DNA of 63,014 bases, the filler included, from Octopus bimaculoides (lineage: Eukaryota), in NCBI RefSeq assembly GCF_001194135.2. It is 7 parts of 6 records of this genome, joined end to end, with 100 filler letters (N's around TTAATTAATTAA, not from the genome) between each part and the next. Parts side by side here need not be neighbours in the genome. Positions count along the whole stretch, not along the records: positions 26,237 to 34,833 come from NC_069000.1; positions 34,934 to 44,098 come from NC_068982.1; positions 44,199 to 53,572 come from NC_068982.1; 4 more parts are not named here. One strand, written 5' to 3'. Below are positions 33,305 to 45,729 of the stretch, piece by piece. The notes under the pieces were generated by a model. It made no database searches. It was not told the DNA's origin and saw only the letters and a list, made by a program, of their open reading frames with translations. A program made the position numbers and the translations under genes. The number at the start of each line of letters is the position of its first letter. Position 1 is the first letter of the stretch.

Positions 33305-33424
33305 ATAATTTAAAGCTGGTAGAAGAAAGGATAAATATAGAGCTGGGTTGCTGCTTTCCGCATTAGAGTTGGCAACTGCAATTATGTTCATAATACCAAT
33401 GATACTTAGAACCACACAAAGAAC
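33305..33424 (-). CDS. ABCC1: ABCC1/MRP1-like exon (TMD0 TM2-TM3; 120 nt, phase 0-0)
   Basis: TTTTTTCAG|VLCVVLSIIGIMNIIAVANSNAESSNPALYLSFLLPALNY|GTATGT. In frame with the next four exons, and the hydropathy fits TMD0. Confidence 0.82.
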
Positions 33425-33521
33425 CTGAAAAAACACAAAAGAGAAATCATGAAAAAAATCGTGTGTGTGTGTGTGTGTGTGTGTGTATGAGTGTGTGTGT
33501 GCATGTTTGTGTGTGTGTGTA

Positions 33522-34356
33522 CAGGGTGCAGTGAATGAATTGTCATCTAAATTACGCAAACATGAAAATAACACTGGCATCTCATTTAAACAGATATATT
33601 TGTCAAAATTACATAAAAATATCTTGAAATACTAAAGCATAAATTTATTCAATAAAACTGTCATTGGCTTCAAAACCACGCCCTCCAGATGACTTTGGAA
33701 TCTCCTACAACTCTTCTGGACAGTCTCCTTGTTTCAGTTGATGAATGCTGCCGTAATCCTTGCCTTCAGTTCAGTTTTGGAGTTTTGTTGGTCTCTCACT
33801 CAACTGCACCCCACATGTAATAATGAAGGGGGGTTTCAATATGAGGAATTAGATGGCCAGCTGTTAGTGGTGATGTGGGTACAGAAATTGTATATCAGCC
33901 ATCACTGGGTTCTCCAGCTTGTGTGTCATGGTGCAGAGTCCTGTTGCCAGACATAGGGTCTTCCAGCAGCCTACCTTCTCCATGCACTTGGTGTAGGCCT
34001 CTGTGTTGAGTGTGAGGCTATGTGGGAAGATGAATGGAGGCATAACATTGCCATCACTAGTGATCACTCCAAATATTAACTGGATGTTTGGTTTTTATAC
34101 CTCTCAGTACATATCCTCAGACTGACACCTAAACACTCTGAAATGTTTATATTGGAGCTTCCAGCACGAATGCCAAGCAGTACAGCATGTCATTTCCAAA
34201 TCTCTGGCAGGGTGAATTGCATCATGTTACTGCTTTTCTCAAAAGTGGTGCCCAACTGACCCAACTATACTGTGTAGTCAACAAAATCAAAAACGAACAA
34301 TGCACGTGCATGAAATTTAAAATATAAAATGTTGACAATTTACCCATTGCATCCAG
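33522..34356 (-). mobile_element. maT/DD37D-type Tc1-mariner element, internally deleted, TA-flanked
   Basis: TSDGNVMPPFIFPHSLTLNTEAY..GRPYVWQQDSAP*HTS..WPSNSSY*NP..HYYMWGAVE. Degenerate TIRs CAGGGTGCAGTGAATGAATTGTCA / TGACAATTTACCCATTGCATCCAG. Confidence 0.85.
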
Positions 34357-34599
34357 TATATCTTTTTTCTCTATTTTCTTTTATTTGTTTCAGTCATTTG
34401 ACTGCAGCCATGATGGGGCATTGCCATTTTAGTCATATGAATTGACTCAGTACTTATTTTGTGTTAAAACTGGTACTTATTTTCTTATAGTCTCTTTTGT
34501 CAAACCACTAAGTTATGGGTACATAAACACACAAACGCCAGTTGTCAAGTAGTATGGGGAGGGGGACAAACACAGACACACATGTGCTTTTTATAGTAG

Positions 34600-34833
34600 T
34601 GCTTTGAAGGAAGGTGTGTAGCATGATTGCTGCATTGACCATGACACAGAAGGTTGTCATGGTAATACCTGCTCAGAGGTCTACACAAAGTTGCAAAAAG
34701 TGTATGGAGAGGAGTGTATGGAGAAGGAGTGTATGGAGAAGGAGTGTATGGAGAAGGAGTGTATGGAGAAGGAGTGTATGGAGAAGGAGTGTATGGAGAA
34801 GGAGTGTATGGAGAAGGAGTGTATGGAGAAGGA
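34600..34833 (+). repeat. mariner 5' remnant running into a perfect 15-bp tandem repeat (AGTGTATGGAGAAGG)x8
   Basis: 34600-34712 aligns with 27325-27440. The array occupies 34713-34832 and runs into a gap. Confidence 0.85.
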
Positions 34834-35476
34834 NNNNNNNNNNNNNNNNNNNNNNNNNNNNNNNNNNNNNNNNNNNNTTAATTAATTAANNNNNNNNNNN
34901 NNNNNNNNNNNNNNNNNNNNNNNNNNNNNNNNNGGGGGGGGGATATAGTAGTGACGGGGCGAGGCGAAGAACAGTAGAGGGAAGAATGAGAAGGGGAGAT
35001 AGATACAAAGATAGAAAGAGTCGCGTCAGAAAAATAAAGTTCAAAACTTACTTGTAAAGGTGGCGCGTGCATTCGATCGTGTGATACAAATAATATATGA
35101 GTATATGCATATATATGTACATGTATGTACATACCTTCATCTACAGGCACATATAGATACATATCTGNNNNNNNNNNATGTACATGTATGTACATACCTT
35201 CATCTACAGGCACATATAGATACATATCTGGGTACATGACGTTGCAAAAAAAACATGGACAAAATGATAAACAAGGTACAAAGAACACGCAGGCCACATA
35301 GAGAACATTAAAACACTGGCGTTTCGAAGAGTTAGGGCAGGACGAATCGTTACAATGGCTCTTCCCACGGACACAAATTTTTTGTCTTTCTGTCTATCCA
35401 TTCGTCCATCAATCCCTCCATCCATCCGTCCGCCCGTCCGTCCGTCCATCCGTCTGTCTGTCTGTCTGTGTGTCTG

Positions 35477-35543
<67 letters not shown>

Positions 35544-35671
35544 GCCTGCCTGTCTGTCTATCCATCCATCCATCCATGAACCCATGAATCCATCCATACG
35601 TCCGTCCGTCCGTCCGTCCGTCCGTCCATCCATCCAACCATCCATCCATCCAACCATCCAGCCATCCATCC

Positions 35672-35731
<60 letters not shown>

Positions 35732-35732
<1 letters not shown>

Positions 35733-37920
35733 AGAAATTAGAAGAGGCACGTAGTACTGGCATCGCGTCCAAAGTAGTGGCGGCGAGGTTGGCCCTCGAC
35801 CAACACTTCAACGCCAAACACGAAGGATGCGTGCTCTGAGGGACGAGGGAGTTGGAGCGGCCCGAGAGGCCCGAGTAGCGAAGGCGCAACGAGGCAACAG
35901 AGCCACCGTTAGGTCTCTGACAGATGAAGAAGGGCGCGAATTACTCGAGCCTGAAAGGATGTGCGAGGCCTTTCAACAGCACTTTGCTCGACTGTTCGGG
36001 ACAACTGGTGGGTCAGAACGCAGAGTGGACTTTAGTGCCTACCTGCATGGCCTGCCACGACTCTCAGCAAGNNNNNNNNNNNNNNNNNNNNNNNNNNNNN
36101 NNNNNNNNNNNNNNNNNNNNNNNNNNNNNNNNNNNNNNNNNNNNNNNNNNNNNNNNNNNNNNNNNNNNNNNNNNNNNNNNNNNNNNNNNNNNNNNNNNNN
36201 NNNNNNNNNNNNNNNNNNNNNNNNNNNNNNNNNNNNNNNNNNNNNNNNNNNNNNNNNNNNNNNNNNNNNNNNNNNNNNNNNNNNNNNNNNNNNNNNNNNN
36301 NNNNNNNNNNNNNNNNNNNNNNNNNNNNNNNNNNNNNNNNNNNNNNNNNNNNNNNNNNNNNNNNNNNNNNNNNNNNNNNNNNNNNNNNNNNNNNNNNNNN
36401 NNNNNNNNNNNNNNNNNNNNNNNNNNNNNNNNNNNNNNNNNNNNNNNNNNNNNNNNNNNNNNNNNNNNNNNNNNNNNNNNNNNNNNNNNNGTCGACAAGG
36501 CGCAGACGTGCGCCGTGCCGAGTAGGAGTATCCATGACAACCTCCATCTGATCCGCTACAGCATGGACAGGGTAGTTAAGGAACCTGGCATGAGTGGGGC
36601 GCTGATCAATTTGGATCAATCAAAAGCTTTCGATAGGGTAGACCATCGATACTTGGAGGCCGTCCTCATAGCGGCTGGTTTCGTTCCCGTCTTCCGCGGT
36701 TGGATCGCTGCCTTATACAGCGGCGTCCGCTCGGTAGTTCGCGTAAACGGTCATCTATCCAGACCCTTCGGCATCATGCGTTCGGTTCGTCAAGGATGCC
36801 CCCTCTTGGCCCTTTTGTATATATTGACTCTTGAGCCTCTAGTGCGGAAGCTGGCGACACTGAGGGGCATCCCACGAGAGCTGGGATATGGGACGAGCGT
36901 GTCTGCATACGCGGACGACGTCACCGTCATAGTGTCGAGCCAAAACCACATCGAGCTGGTCGGCGAGAGACTAAAAGAGTACGAAGCGGTAACGGGAGCA
37001 AAAATTAACCGGGATAAGTCAGTGGGCTTGCGGCTCGGCACCTGGAGAAGCAAGCCCATGCCGTCTAACAGCGTCTCCACTGTGGGACGCTGGACCGACG
37101 GGCCGGTTAAATTGCTCGGAGTCTGGTTCGGTCCGGACCTCCTAATGGAGAAGAACTGTCAGCCGAGTCTATTGTGCAAATTGCTCCGCCACCGTCCCTG
37201 AACAGGGAAGGCAAGGCAGTGTTCATCATACTGGTGGCAATGGTGAAAGAATGTGTGTGGTGGACCCGAGCGAAAGGATTAGAGACGAAAACTTACCTCT
37301 CTGGCCAATCGCTCATCAACTTTTTCAAGTATCACTTGAAAAGGAAGGTGAGAATAGAGAGGCAATTTTTGTCTCGTGAAAGTTTCATTAAAAGGTGGAT
37401 GAATGTAGCAAAGATGGTGCGTGCGAGTGACGATACCTCTTTGAGCATGATCCTATAAATCGAGAAAAAAAAGAAAAANNNNNNNNNNNNNNNNNNNNNN
37501 NNNNNNNNNNNNNNNNNNNNNNNNNNNNNNNNNNNNNNNNNNNNNNNNNNNNNNNNNNNNNNNNNNNNNNNNNNNNNNNNNNNNNNNNNNNNNNNNNNNN
37601 NNNNNNNNNNNNNNNNNNNNNNNNNNNNNNNNNNNNNNNNNNNNNNNNNNNNNNNNNNNNNNNNNNNNNNNNNNNNNNNNNNNNNNGAGAGAGAGAGAGA
37701 GAGAGAGAGAGAGCACCTTGCTCTCATGTGTCTATTCTCTGCTGAGGTTACCGTGGTCTTTTCCGTAGGCTTTTCTCTCCATGGATAAACCTAATGTTAC
37801 CCCATTTTACACTATTGACATTTTCTGTGATATAAGATACCTTTTTTTATTTTTAAAGAAAAGCTCTACAGTTGTATTTGTCCCCTCTGTGTGCAGCCCT
37901 GTGTGGCTAATAAAAGAAAG
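35732..37920 (+). mobile_element. Tx1/L1-clade LINE, 5'-truncated and internally deleted, with RT core, ORF2 C-terminus and 3' UTR
   Basis: INLDQSKAFDRVDH, VRQGCPL, AYADDVTV, GAKINRDKS, LLGVWFG motifs. After 37157 it jumps to the C-terminus (..KECVWWTR..MIL*, stop 37456-37458). AATAAA at 37909-37914, then (TATC)n. Confidence 0.93.
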
Positions 37921-37921
37921 A

Positions 37922-37967
<46 letters not shown>

Positions 37968-37968
37968 A

Positions 37969-38016
<48 letters not shown>

Positions 38017-38204
38017 ATAAATGTATATACCCACACACATTCATACTTACATACATTCATGTCTACATGCACAAGTTCATTCATACTTACTTTCAAACAT
38101 ACACATCCATACATTCTTATATACACGCGCTTACATCCTTCTAATTGTTGTTTTTCTTGCCCGCTTTTGTATCGTCTATCTGTCCGAATGTTTTAATGTC
38201 TTCG

Positions 38205-38472
38205 AACCGACCAAAGCATTGTGAGTGGATTTGGTAGACAGAAACTGGAAGAACCCCGTCGTATATCTGTGTGTGTATGTCCCTACTCCTGCCATCCGAT
38301 GCTTGTGTGTTGATGTCCCCGTAACATAGCGGTTCGGCAAAAGAAGACGATAGAATAACTACTAGGCTTACAAAGAATAAGTCTTGGGGTCGATTTCTTC
38401 GACTAAAATCCTTTAAGGCAGTACTCCAGTATGGCCGCAGTCAAATGACTAAAACAAGCAAAAGAGTAAAAA
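38205..38472 (+). mobile_element. SINE family A, 5'-truncated
   Basis: CCAAAGCATTGTGAGTGGATTTGGTAGAC ... CCGCAGTCAAATGACTAAAACAAGCAAAAGAG. Confidence 0.8.
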
Positions 38473-40294
38473 CTAGTAAAAGAGTTTATCATTTGAAGAT
38501 AGGAGGACACTCATATACACGCGTTTCTCGCTTAATAGCCGTCATGAGCACGACAATTGATCGACACAGACTCCAGTGGCCAAGGGACTAACACAAAAAG
38601 GAGTAGAACACATTAACGAAACAAGTAAAAGAATAAAAGAGTAAAAGAATTTACTAAAACCTAAGACATCGGAAGTTTGCTTCGATACCATGTTATGTTA
38701 AATTATTTCCCTTTATTCACTCTGTTAATGATATATAGAAAGCAAAACCATTAAAGATTAAACTCAAAAGTAACTACTTGGCTTTTAGTTTACCAATACA
38801 TGTTAGCTCGAATTTGTAGCGTCATTGGGCTTTTTTCTTATTTTATTTGTAACTGTAGAACTTTTTCAAAGAAAAATTAATGCTCTGATTTATTTACTAA
38901 TTTATATGAAACATTCTCCATGGAGAAAGCAATGTCCATACGAAAGAATATTACTGTAAAAAAAAAAAAAGGGAGTCATTTCTAAATGTGACACTATCAT
39001 CAGTTTAAGTGTCGAAAATCATATACAAGTTCAATAATATTCGTGCCGCACAACACAGATGAAATGGAAAATCTATTATTAATGTGGATAAAAGAGAAGC
39101 AATTCACTTATGATTCAGTGGGTAGATAATTTATTTGTGAAAAAGTTAAGCATACTCTTTTACTCTTTTATTTGTTTCAGTCATTTGACTTCGGCCATGC
39201 TGGAGCACCACCTTTAGTCGAGCAAATCGACCCCGAGACTTATTCTTTGTAAGCCTAGAACATATTCTATCGGTCTCTTGAACTCTTCTTGAAAAGCTTT
39301 GTGGCCTGATATTTCCACAATGGACTTTGAAATGTTTGAAACATCACCTGTAATTGAGAAAATTGTATATCTGAGCAGTTCGATGAGAGCCTTTAGGTGA
39401 TGAAGAGGACATAAGTTATTTAATTGCGAAGCAGAGAAGATGACTATCCATCGACACTCCGTAGAGATATACCGGGAAGAGGGTAAATCCTTGCAGCTAA
39501 ACATAGACTCCTGAGGAAAAGGAGCAATATGAAAATAAGAACCATATCAGGGGAAAATCCGAAGAAAGTATTTTGTCTCTGCCGTGAGTTCAGACATTAT
39601 GAGAAGATATTAACTTCTGTAAGCGGGTGTTGAATTGAGTGTGATTCAAATTATCTGATAAAGTATTGCAATACTTTTAGACTATCGAGAATAGACTACA
39701 GCAAACTACAAAAAATCCATTCATTAGATACTTTCTTTAAAAAAAAAACTGACACAAATACTTATTACTTCTGTAGTTTCAGCTTTTTCAATAAGATCCA
39801 GATGATTTTCTTTCAGACGAAAGAATTTGTGCTTAAAGCTTCGAAGTGGTGTCTATTCTTCTTCTCCCTCCCAACACTCTGCTGTCCTTCACTTTGAATA
39901 AGCAACTTGCCAAACGCAAGCAAGAAATTGTGTCTTTTTCTTAATTGTTAATTTGTAACCTTTTACTTCGAATTTTAATTTGCTTATTTGGACGCACGAA
40001 AGTTATGTTGAATTATTTCCTTTTCACTACATATCACACAGATTGAAACTTACTATATGAGTATAACTGAATTTGTAATTCGTTACGTGCAACAGAAGCA
40101 GTATTAGCTTAAAATAGCAATCTGTGTATCATATTCAATGTCGGTAGATCACGGAAAGCCAAATTAACTGCGGCATTCGTCATGAAATAATACGCCATAT
40201 AAACCTACAGATTTTTTTTTTAAATGATACTTACCATGAAATAATATCTATTTATTTTGTAAATGTTTACTATATCTGTTAGACTTTATGTCTT

Positions 40295-40633
40295 ATTTTT
40301 TTGTTGGTTTCAGTCATTTGACTGCAGCCATGCTGGAGCACCGCTTTTAGTCGAACAAATCAACCCCAGGACTTATTCTTTGTAAGCTTGTACTTATTCT
40401 ATCGGTGTCTTTTGCCGAACCGCTAATTTACAGGGACGTAACCACATCAATATCGGTTGTCAAGCGATGGCAGGGGGACAAACACAGACACATAAACATA
40501 TATGTGAGCTTCTTTCAGTTTCCGTCTACTAAATCCACTCACAAGACTTTGGTCTACCCGAGGCTATAATAGAAGACCCTTGCCCAAGGTTTCACGCAGT
40601 GGGACTGAACCCGGAACCATGTGGTTGGGAAGC
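40295..40633 (-). mobile_element. SINE family A, near full length
   Basis: Colinear with 14941-15361. A 3' piece also lies at 39153-39279. Confidence 0.85.
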
Positions 40634-40906
40634 ATTGGTTTTTTTCAACATTTATTCAAAACAGAGTCTATGTTTAAAACACATTGAAGACCGTGAGATT
40701 ATACTTGCTCTGGTTCTTTCCAGGATTTTTTTCTTATACTCTTTTAGCCGCTGCATCGTTTATATTAAGCAGTTTCTCCGGAATCTTTTGAACTTTTTTC
40801 TGTCTTGAAGTTGGTTTAAATACATTAATTTTAATTTCCAGGAAAGTCAACTTCAGTTCAGTCTCAAATATATTTTAGAAAATATAAAAAAATAATTTCA
40901 ACTTTG

Positions 40907-41072
40907 AGGCGTAGGAGTGGCTGTGTGGTAAGTAGCTTGCTTACGAACCATATGGCTTCGGGTTCAGTCCCACTGCGTGGCACCTTGGGCAAGTGTCTTC
41001 CACTATAGCCTCGGGCCGACCAAAGCCTTGTGAGTGGATTTGGTAGACGGAAAATGAAAGAAGCCCGTCGTA
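40907..41072 (+). mobile_element. SINE family A, 5' half (runs into gap)
   Basis: AGGCGTAGGAGTGGCTGTGTGGTAAGTAGC..GGGTTCAGTCCC. Confidence 0.85.
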
Positions 41073-41914
41073 TCTCTCTCTCACTCTCCCCTCTCNNNNN
41101 NNNNNNNNNNNNNNNNNNNNNNNNNNNNNNNNNNNNNNNNNNNNNNNNNNNNNNNNNNNNNNNNNNNNNNNNNNNNNNNNNNNNNNNNNNNNNNNNNNNN
41201 NNNNNNNNNNNNNNNNNNNNNNNNNNNNNNNNNNNNNNNNNNNNNNNNNNNNNNNNNNNNNNNNNNNNNNNNNNNNNNNNNNNNNNNNNNNNNNNNNNNN
41301 NNNNNNNNNNNNNNNNNNNNNNNNNNNNNNNNNNNNNNNNNNNNNNNNNNNNNNNNNNNNNNNNNNNNNNNNNNNNNNNNNNNNNNNNNNNNNNNNNNNN
41401 NNNNNNNNNNNNNNNNNNNNNNNNNNNNNNNNNNNNNNNNNNNNNNNNNNNNNNNNNNNNNNNNNNNNNNNNNNNNNNNNNNNNNNNNNNNNNNNNNNNN
41501 NNNNNNNNNNNNNNNNNNNNNNNNNNNNNNNNNNNNNNNNNNNNNNNNNNNNNNNNNNNNNNNNNNNNNNNNNNNNNNNNNNNNNNNNNNNNNNNNNNNN
41601 NNNNNNNNNNNNNNNNNNNNNNNNNNNNNNNNNNNNNNNNNNNNNNNNNNNNNNNNNNNNNNNNNNNNNNNNNNNNNNNNNNNNNNNNNNNNNNNNNNNN
41701 NNNNNNNNNNNNNNNNNNNNNNNNNNNNNNNNNNNNNNNNNNNNNNNNNNNNNNNNNNNNNNNNNNNNNNNNNNNNNNNNNNNNNNNNNNNNNNNNNNNN
41801 NNNNNNNNNNNNNNNNNNNNTATTTACTTTGAACTGTCACCAATGCTTCTGTAACTTTGCCCTTTTTCCAGGTAGGGCTCTACGCAAACCCATTTTACAT
41901 CTGGGAAGAAGTGG

Positions 41915-42030
41915 TCTATATTAGTTGGCCTCTATCCTTTGACCTGTCCAGCATAGGAGCTCCTACCAGGAGCTTGCACTCCGCTGGTGCAGCTCTCAGG
42001 GCCAGTGAGTCACCACGCCATAACAAGGAT
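41915..42030 (+). mobile_element. Possible RTE-clade 5' UTR remnant
   Basis: GGCCTCTATCCTTTGACCTGTCCAGCATAGG..CCTACCAGGAG..GCAGCTCTCAGGG resembles conserved RTE 5' UTR motifs as I recall them. Not verified. Confidence 0.35.
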
Positions 42031-42374
42031 TGAACCTTGTAGGGGTGGGGTGGATGCTTGTATTTACATAAAGTAAAAAACAAAAAAAAAAGGAATCCAC
42101 CAAAGCTACAACTGTGCTTAAGTCAATCTATGAAAATGACTACCGTGTAAATTGAGAATTGGGACAACTGTACACACACACATAACACTCACATACACGC
42201 GCAAGACGCACGCACGCATATAGACACACATATATCACCAACCATAATCCTTTTCACCCATTGATCACCAATAATAATCGTCGATGATGAAACGCTCTTT
42301 CGTTAAATCATTATCACTCATCATTCAACATTGCCATCAATTTTCGTTATCATATTAGTGAAACATATATATAT

Positions 42375-42523
42375 ATGCGTGGTTGTGTGGTAAGAAGATT
42401 GCTTCCCAACCACATGATTCTGGGTTCAGCATCACTGCATGGCATCTTGGGCAAGTGTCTCCTACTATAGCCTCGGGCCGACCAAAGCCTTGAATTTGGT
42501 AAACGGAAAGAAGTCCCTCGTGT

Positions 42524-42561
<38 letters not shown>

Positions 42562-42715
42562 ATGTGTGTGTGCGTGTGTGCGTGTGCGCGTGCGTGTGCG
42601 TGCGCGCGCGCCAGTGCCACCGCCAGCACCAGTACCACCACCACCACTGCTTGACAACCAGTGTTTGTATGTTTACATTCCAGTAACTTAGTGGTTCGGC
42701 AAAAGAGAGATACAA
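42375..42715 (+). mobile_element. SINE family A with internal (GT)n
   Basis: GGTTGTGTGGTAAGAAG..GGGTTCAGCATC..CTTGGGCAAGTGTC..GGTTCGGCAAAAGAGA. Confidence 0.8.
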
Positions 42716-43687
42716 TAATTACTCATTTACTCTTTTACTTCTTTCNNNNNNNNNNNNNNNNNNNNNNNNNNNNNNNNNNNNNNNNNNNNNNNNNNNNNNN
42801 NNNNNNNNNNNNNNNNNNNNNNNNNNNNNNNNNNNNNNNNNNNNNNNNNNNNNNNNNNNNNNNNNNNNNNNNNNNNNNNNNNNNNNNNNNNNNNNNNNNN
42901 NNNNNNNNNNNNNNNNNNNNNNNNNNNNNNNNNNNNNNNNNNNNNNNNNNNNNNNNNNNNNNNNNNNNNNNNNNNNNNNNNNNNNNNNNNNNNNNNNNNN
43001 NNNNNNNNNNNNNNNNNNNNNNNNNNNNNNNNNNNNNNNNNNNNNNNNNNNNNNNNNNNNNNNNNNNNNNNNNNNNNNNNNNNNNNNNNNNNNNNNNNNN
43101 NNNNNNNNNNNNNNNNNNNNNNNNNNNNNNNNNNNNNNNNNNNNNNNNNNNNNNNNNNNNNNNNNNNNNNNNNNNNNNNNNNNNNNNNNNNNNNNNNNNN
43201 NNNNNNNNNNNNNNNNNNNNNNNNNNNNNNNNNNNNNNNNNNNNNNNNNNNNNNNNNNNNNNNNNNNNNNNNNNNNNNNNNNNNNNNNNNNNNNNNNNNN
43301 NNNNNNNNNNNNNNNNNNNNNNNNNNNNNNNNNNNNNNNNNNNNNNNNNNNNNNNNNNNNNNNNNNNNNNNNNNNNNNNNNNNNNNNNNNNNNNNNNNNN
43401 NNNNNNNNNNNNNNNNNNNNNNNNNNNNNNNNNNNNNNNNNNNNNNNNNNNNNNNNNNNNNNNNNNNNNNNNNNNNNNNNNNNNNNNNNNNNNNNNNNNN
43501 NNNNNNNNNNNNNNNNNNNNNNNNNNNNNNNNNNNNNNNNNNNNNNNNNNNNNNNNNNNNNNNNNNNNNNNNNNNNNNNNNNNNNNNNNNNNNNNNNNNN
43601 NNNNNNNNNNNNNNNNNNNNNNNNNNNNNNNNNNNNNNNNNNNNNNNNNNNNNNNNNNNNNNNNNNNNNNNNNNNNNNNNNNNNNNN

Positions 43688-43820
43688 TCTTACCCACCTT
43701 CTGTCGAAAGGGCTCGAAACGCCAAACACTTTTTTCCATTCTTACCGAGCGTCGAGCCAATACACCTGCTGGTTGTTCCCTCACCTGCTTTTGTCTTTTG
43801 TTTTCCGTACAATTGAACAA
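43688..43820 (+). mobile_element. CUGU-core hammerhead repeat family, diverged copy (motif ~43697-43727)
   Basis: CTT-CTGTCGA-A-AGGGCTC-GAAA-C-GCC, followed by the family's CCGAGCGT and CACCTG blocks. Stem II is partly deleted. Confidence 0.5.
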
Positions 43821-44013
43821 TGTGTGTGTGCGTGTGTGTGTGTGAGAGAGAGAGTGTTTGTGTGTATGTGTGTGTATCTTTTATCTTTTACTTGTTTCAG
43901 TCATTAGACTGCGGTCATGCTGGAGCACCGCCTTCAAGAATTTACTGCCGAATGTATCAACTCCAATACTTTCTTATACGTATAAATATGTGTATGTGTG
44001 TAGATAGATAAAG

Positions 44014-44060
<47 letters not shown>

Positions 44061-44064
44061 AAAT

Positions 44065-44098
<34 letters not shown>

Positions 44099-44198
44099 NN
44101 NNNNNNNNNNNNNNNNNNNNNNNNNNNNNNNNNNNNNNNNNNTTAATTAATTAANNNNNNNNNNNNNNNNNNNNNNNNNNNNNNNNNNNNNNNNNNNN

Positions 44199-44236
<38 letters not shown>

Positions 44237-44901
44237 TATGTATACACATATACTTGTATATATGTGTATACACACACATGTATGCACACACACAAGCATA
44301 CAAATGCACAAACATGCACACATACATATGCACAAACACATGCACACACACACACACACACACATATGCATCATTTTGAAAGTGAGAAAATGGCTAAGAC
44401 ATTTTTGCAAAGAGACTCAGTAAATAGCTGTTGGCAAGATTAATATTGCAAATGGAGGCTAGATCACTTGCGGTAGATTCACAAAAGATTCAGTAGCAGA
44501 AAGCCATTTAAGTGCATGGAGAGCAAGGCAGCAAACATACATATAATAAACATTTAAACAATCAAAATCACATCACTTGACTCTCACCTCATACTAAATA
44601 GAAAAAAAAAAATTAATAAAAGCATAGAAGAAAATAAAAAAACGATTGTAAAGGTATAAAAATGGCCCTTAGAAAACTATACTGTGTAACTGATTGATGT
44701 AACAAACACAATTACAGGTTGGCAGTGTAAAATTTAAACTGCACACCAAACAATTCCCTACCTGCTAATGTCAACTAATACTCACACACACACACACATA
44801 CACACACACATGCATATATATATATATATATATATAATATATATATACACCCATGTGTGTGCATGTGCTTATATGTGCTTTAGTAAGTGCATCTGTGTGT
44901 G

Positions 44902-44955
<54 letters not shown>

Positions 44956-45274
44956 GACAACTTTTCCTTTAACCACATTCAAAATAGGTTTGTACTCTAC
45001 TTTCTGCTCTTTTCTCTAAAGTTTATTCTTTTCATATTTTCCTTTGACTTTATCTTTGCACTTTCTTCAAATCAATTACTAATGTTTCTGTACCTTCATA
45101 GTTTTATCTCCAGGATGAAATGATGTTGGAATATGTCATTGCCTTTATGTAGTGCACAGCCCCAATGTTTGGGCTAGATGTTACAGTTGAAATTTGAAGT
45201 TTTTTGATGAGATATAGATTTATACATTATCAATCAAATATTTAATTTTGTTTGCGACTAGGATATGCTGTATA

Positions 45275-45729
45275 CAGTTCGTTGTCAACTTACAACCTAT
45301 CTGATTTATGATCAATCGACTTTATGACGATTGGCGTGCCAGCTCCCGGCAGCAATAATAAATATTCCAGTTGAAACCTAATGGGTTTAATTCCTTAGAA
45401 ATTAGCCCATCTACAAGTGATGTTCCCTAGGTTTGGTTATCAATTGCCACTGTAGTTATCCCAAGTGTTGGATGAATATCTTGTTGTGGAGACATCAAGG
45501 CAACCTCGTATTTGTTTATAAGAAGACTGCTTGAGATTCCAAGATTTTTTATTAATGCCAGTATAATAGTATAATACAGAATGCTGTGTGTAACTTTTAC
45601 CTGAGAATGTACCTTAAGAATGTAAAAATATATAACAAAGCTATGAAGGCCTACAGGCCGACTTACATCCAAATCGACTTATGACTAGTTAGACAGAACC
45701 AATTGTGGTCGTAAGTCGACGATGACCTG
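45275..45729. mobile_element. Tigger/pogo-type MITE (455 bp), TA TSD
   Basis: TA|CAGTTCGTTGTCAACTTACAACC ... GGTCGTAAGTCGACGATGACCTG|TA. Confidence 0.85.

Noticed and set aside
35108-35230. Tandem ~55-bp duplication either side of a 10-N gap
   Set aside because: Typical contig-overlap artefact.
41915-42030. HDV-like ribozyme in the putative RTE 5' UTR
   Set aside because: I could not thread the nested double pseudoknot by eye. It needs a descriptor search.
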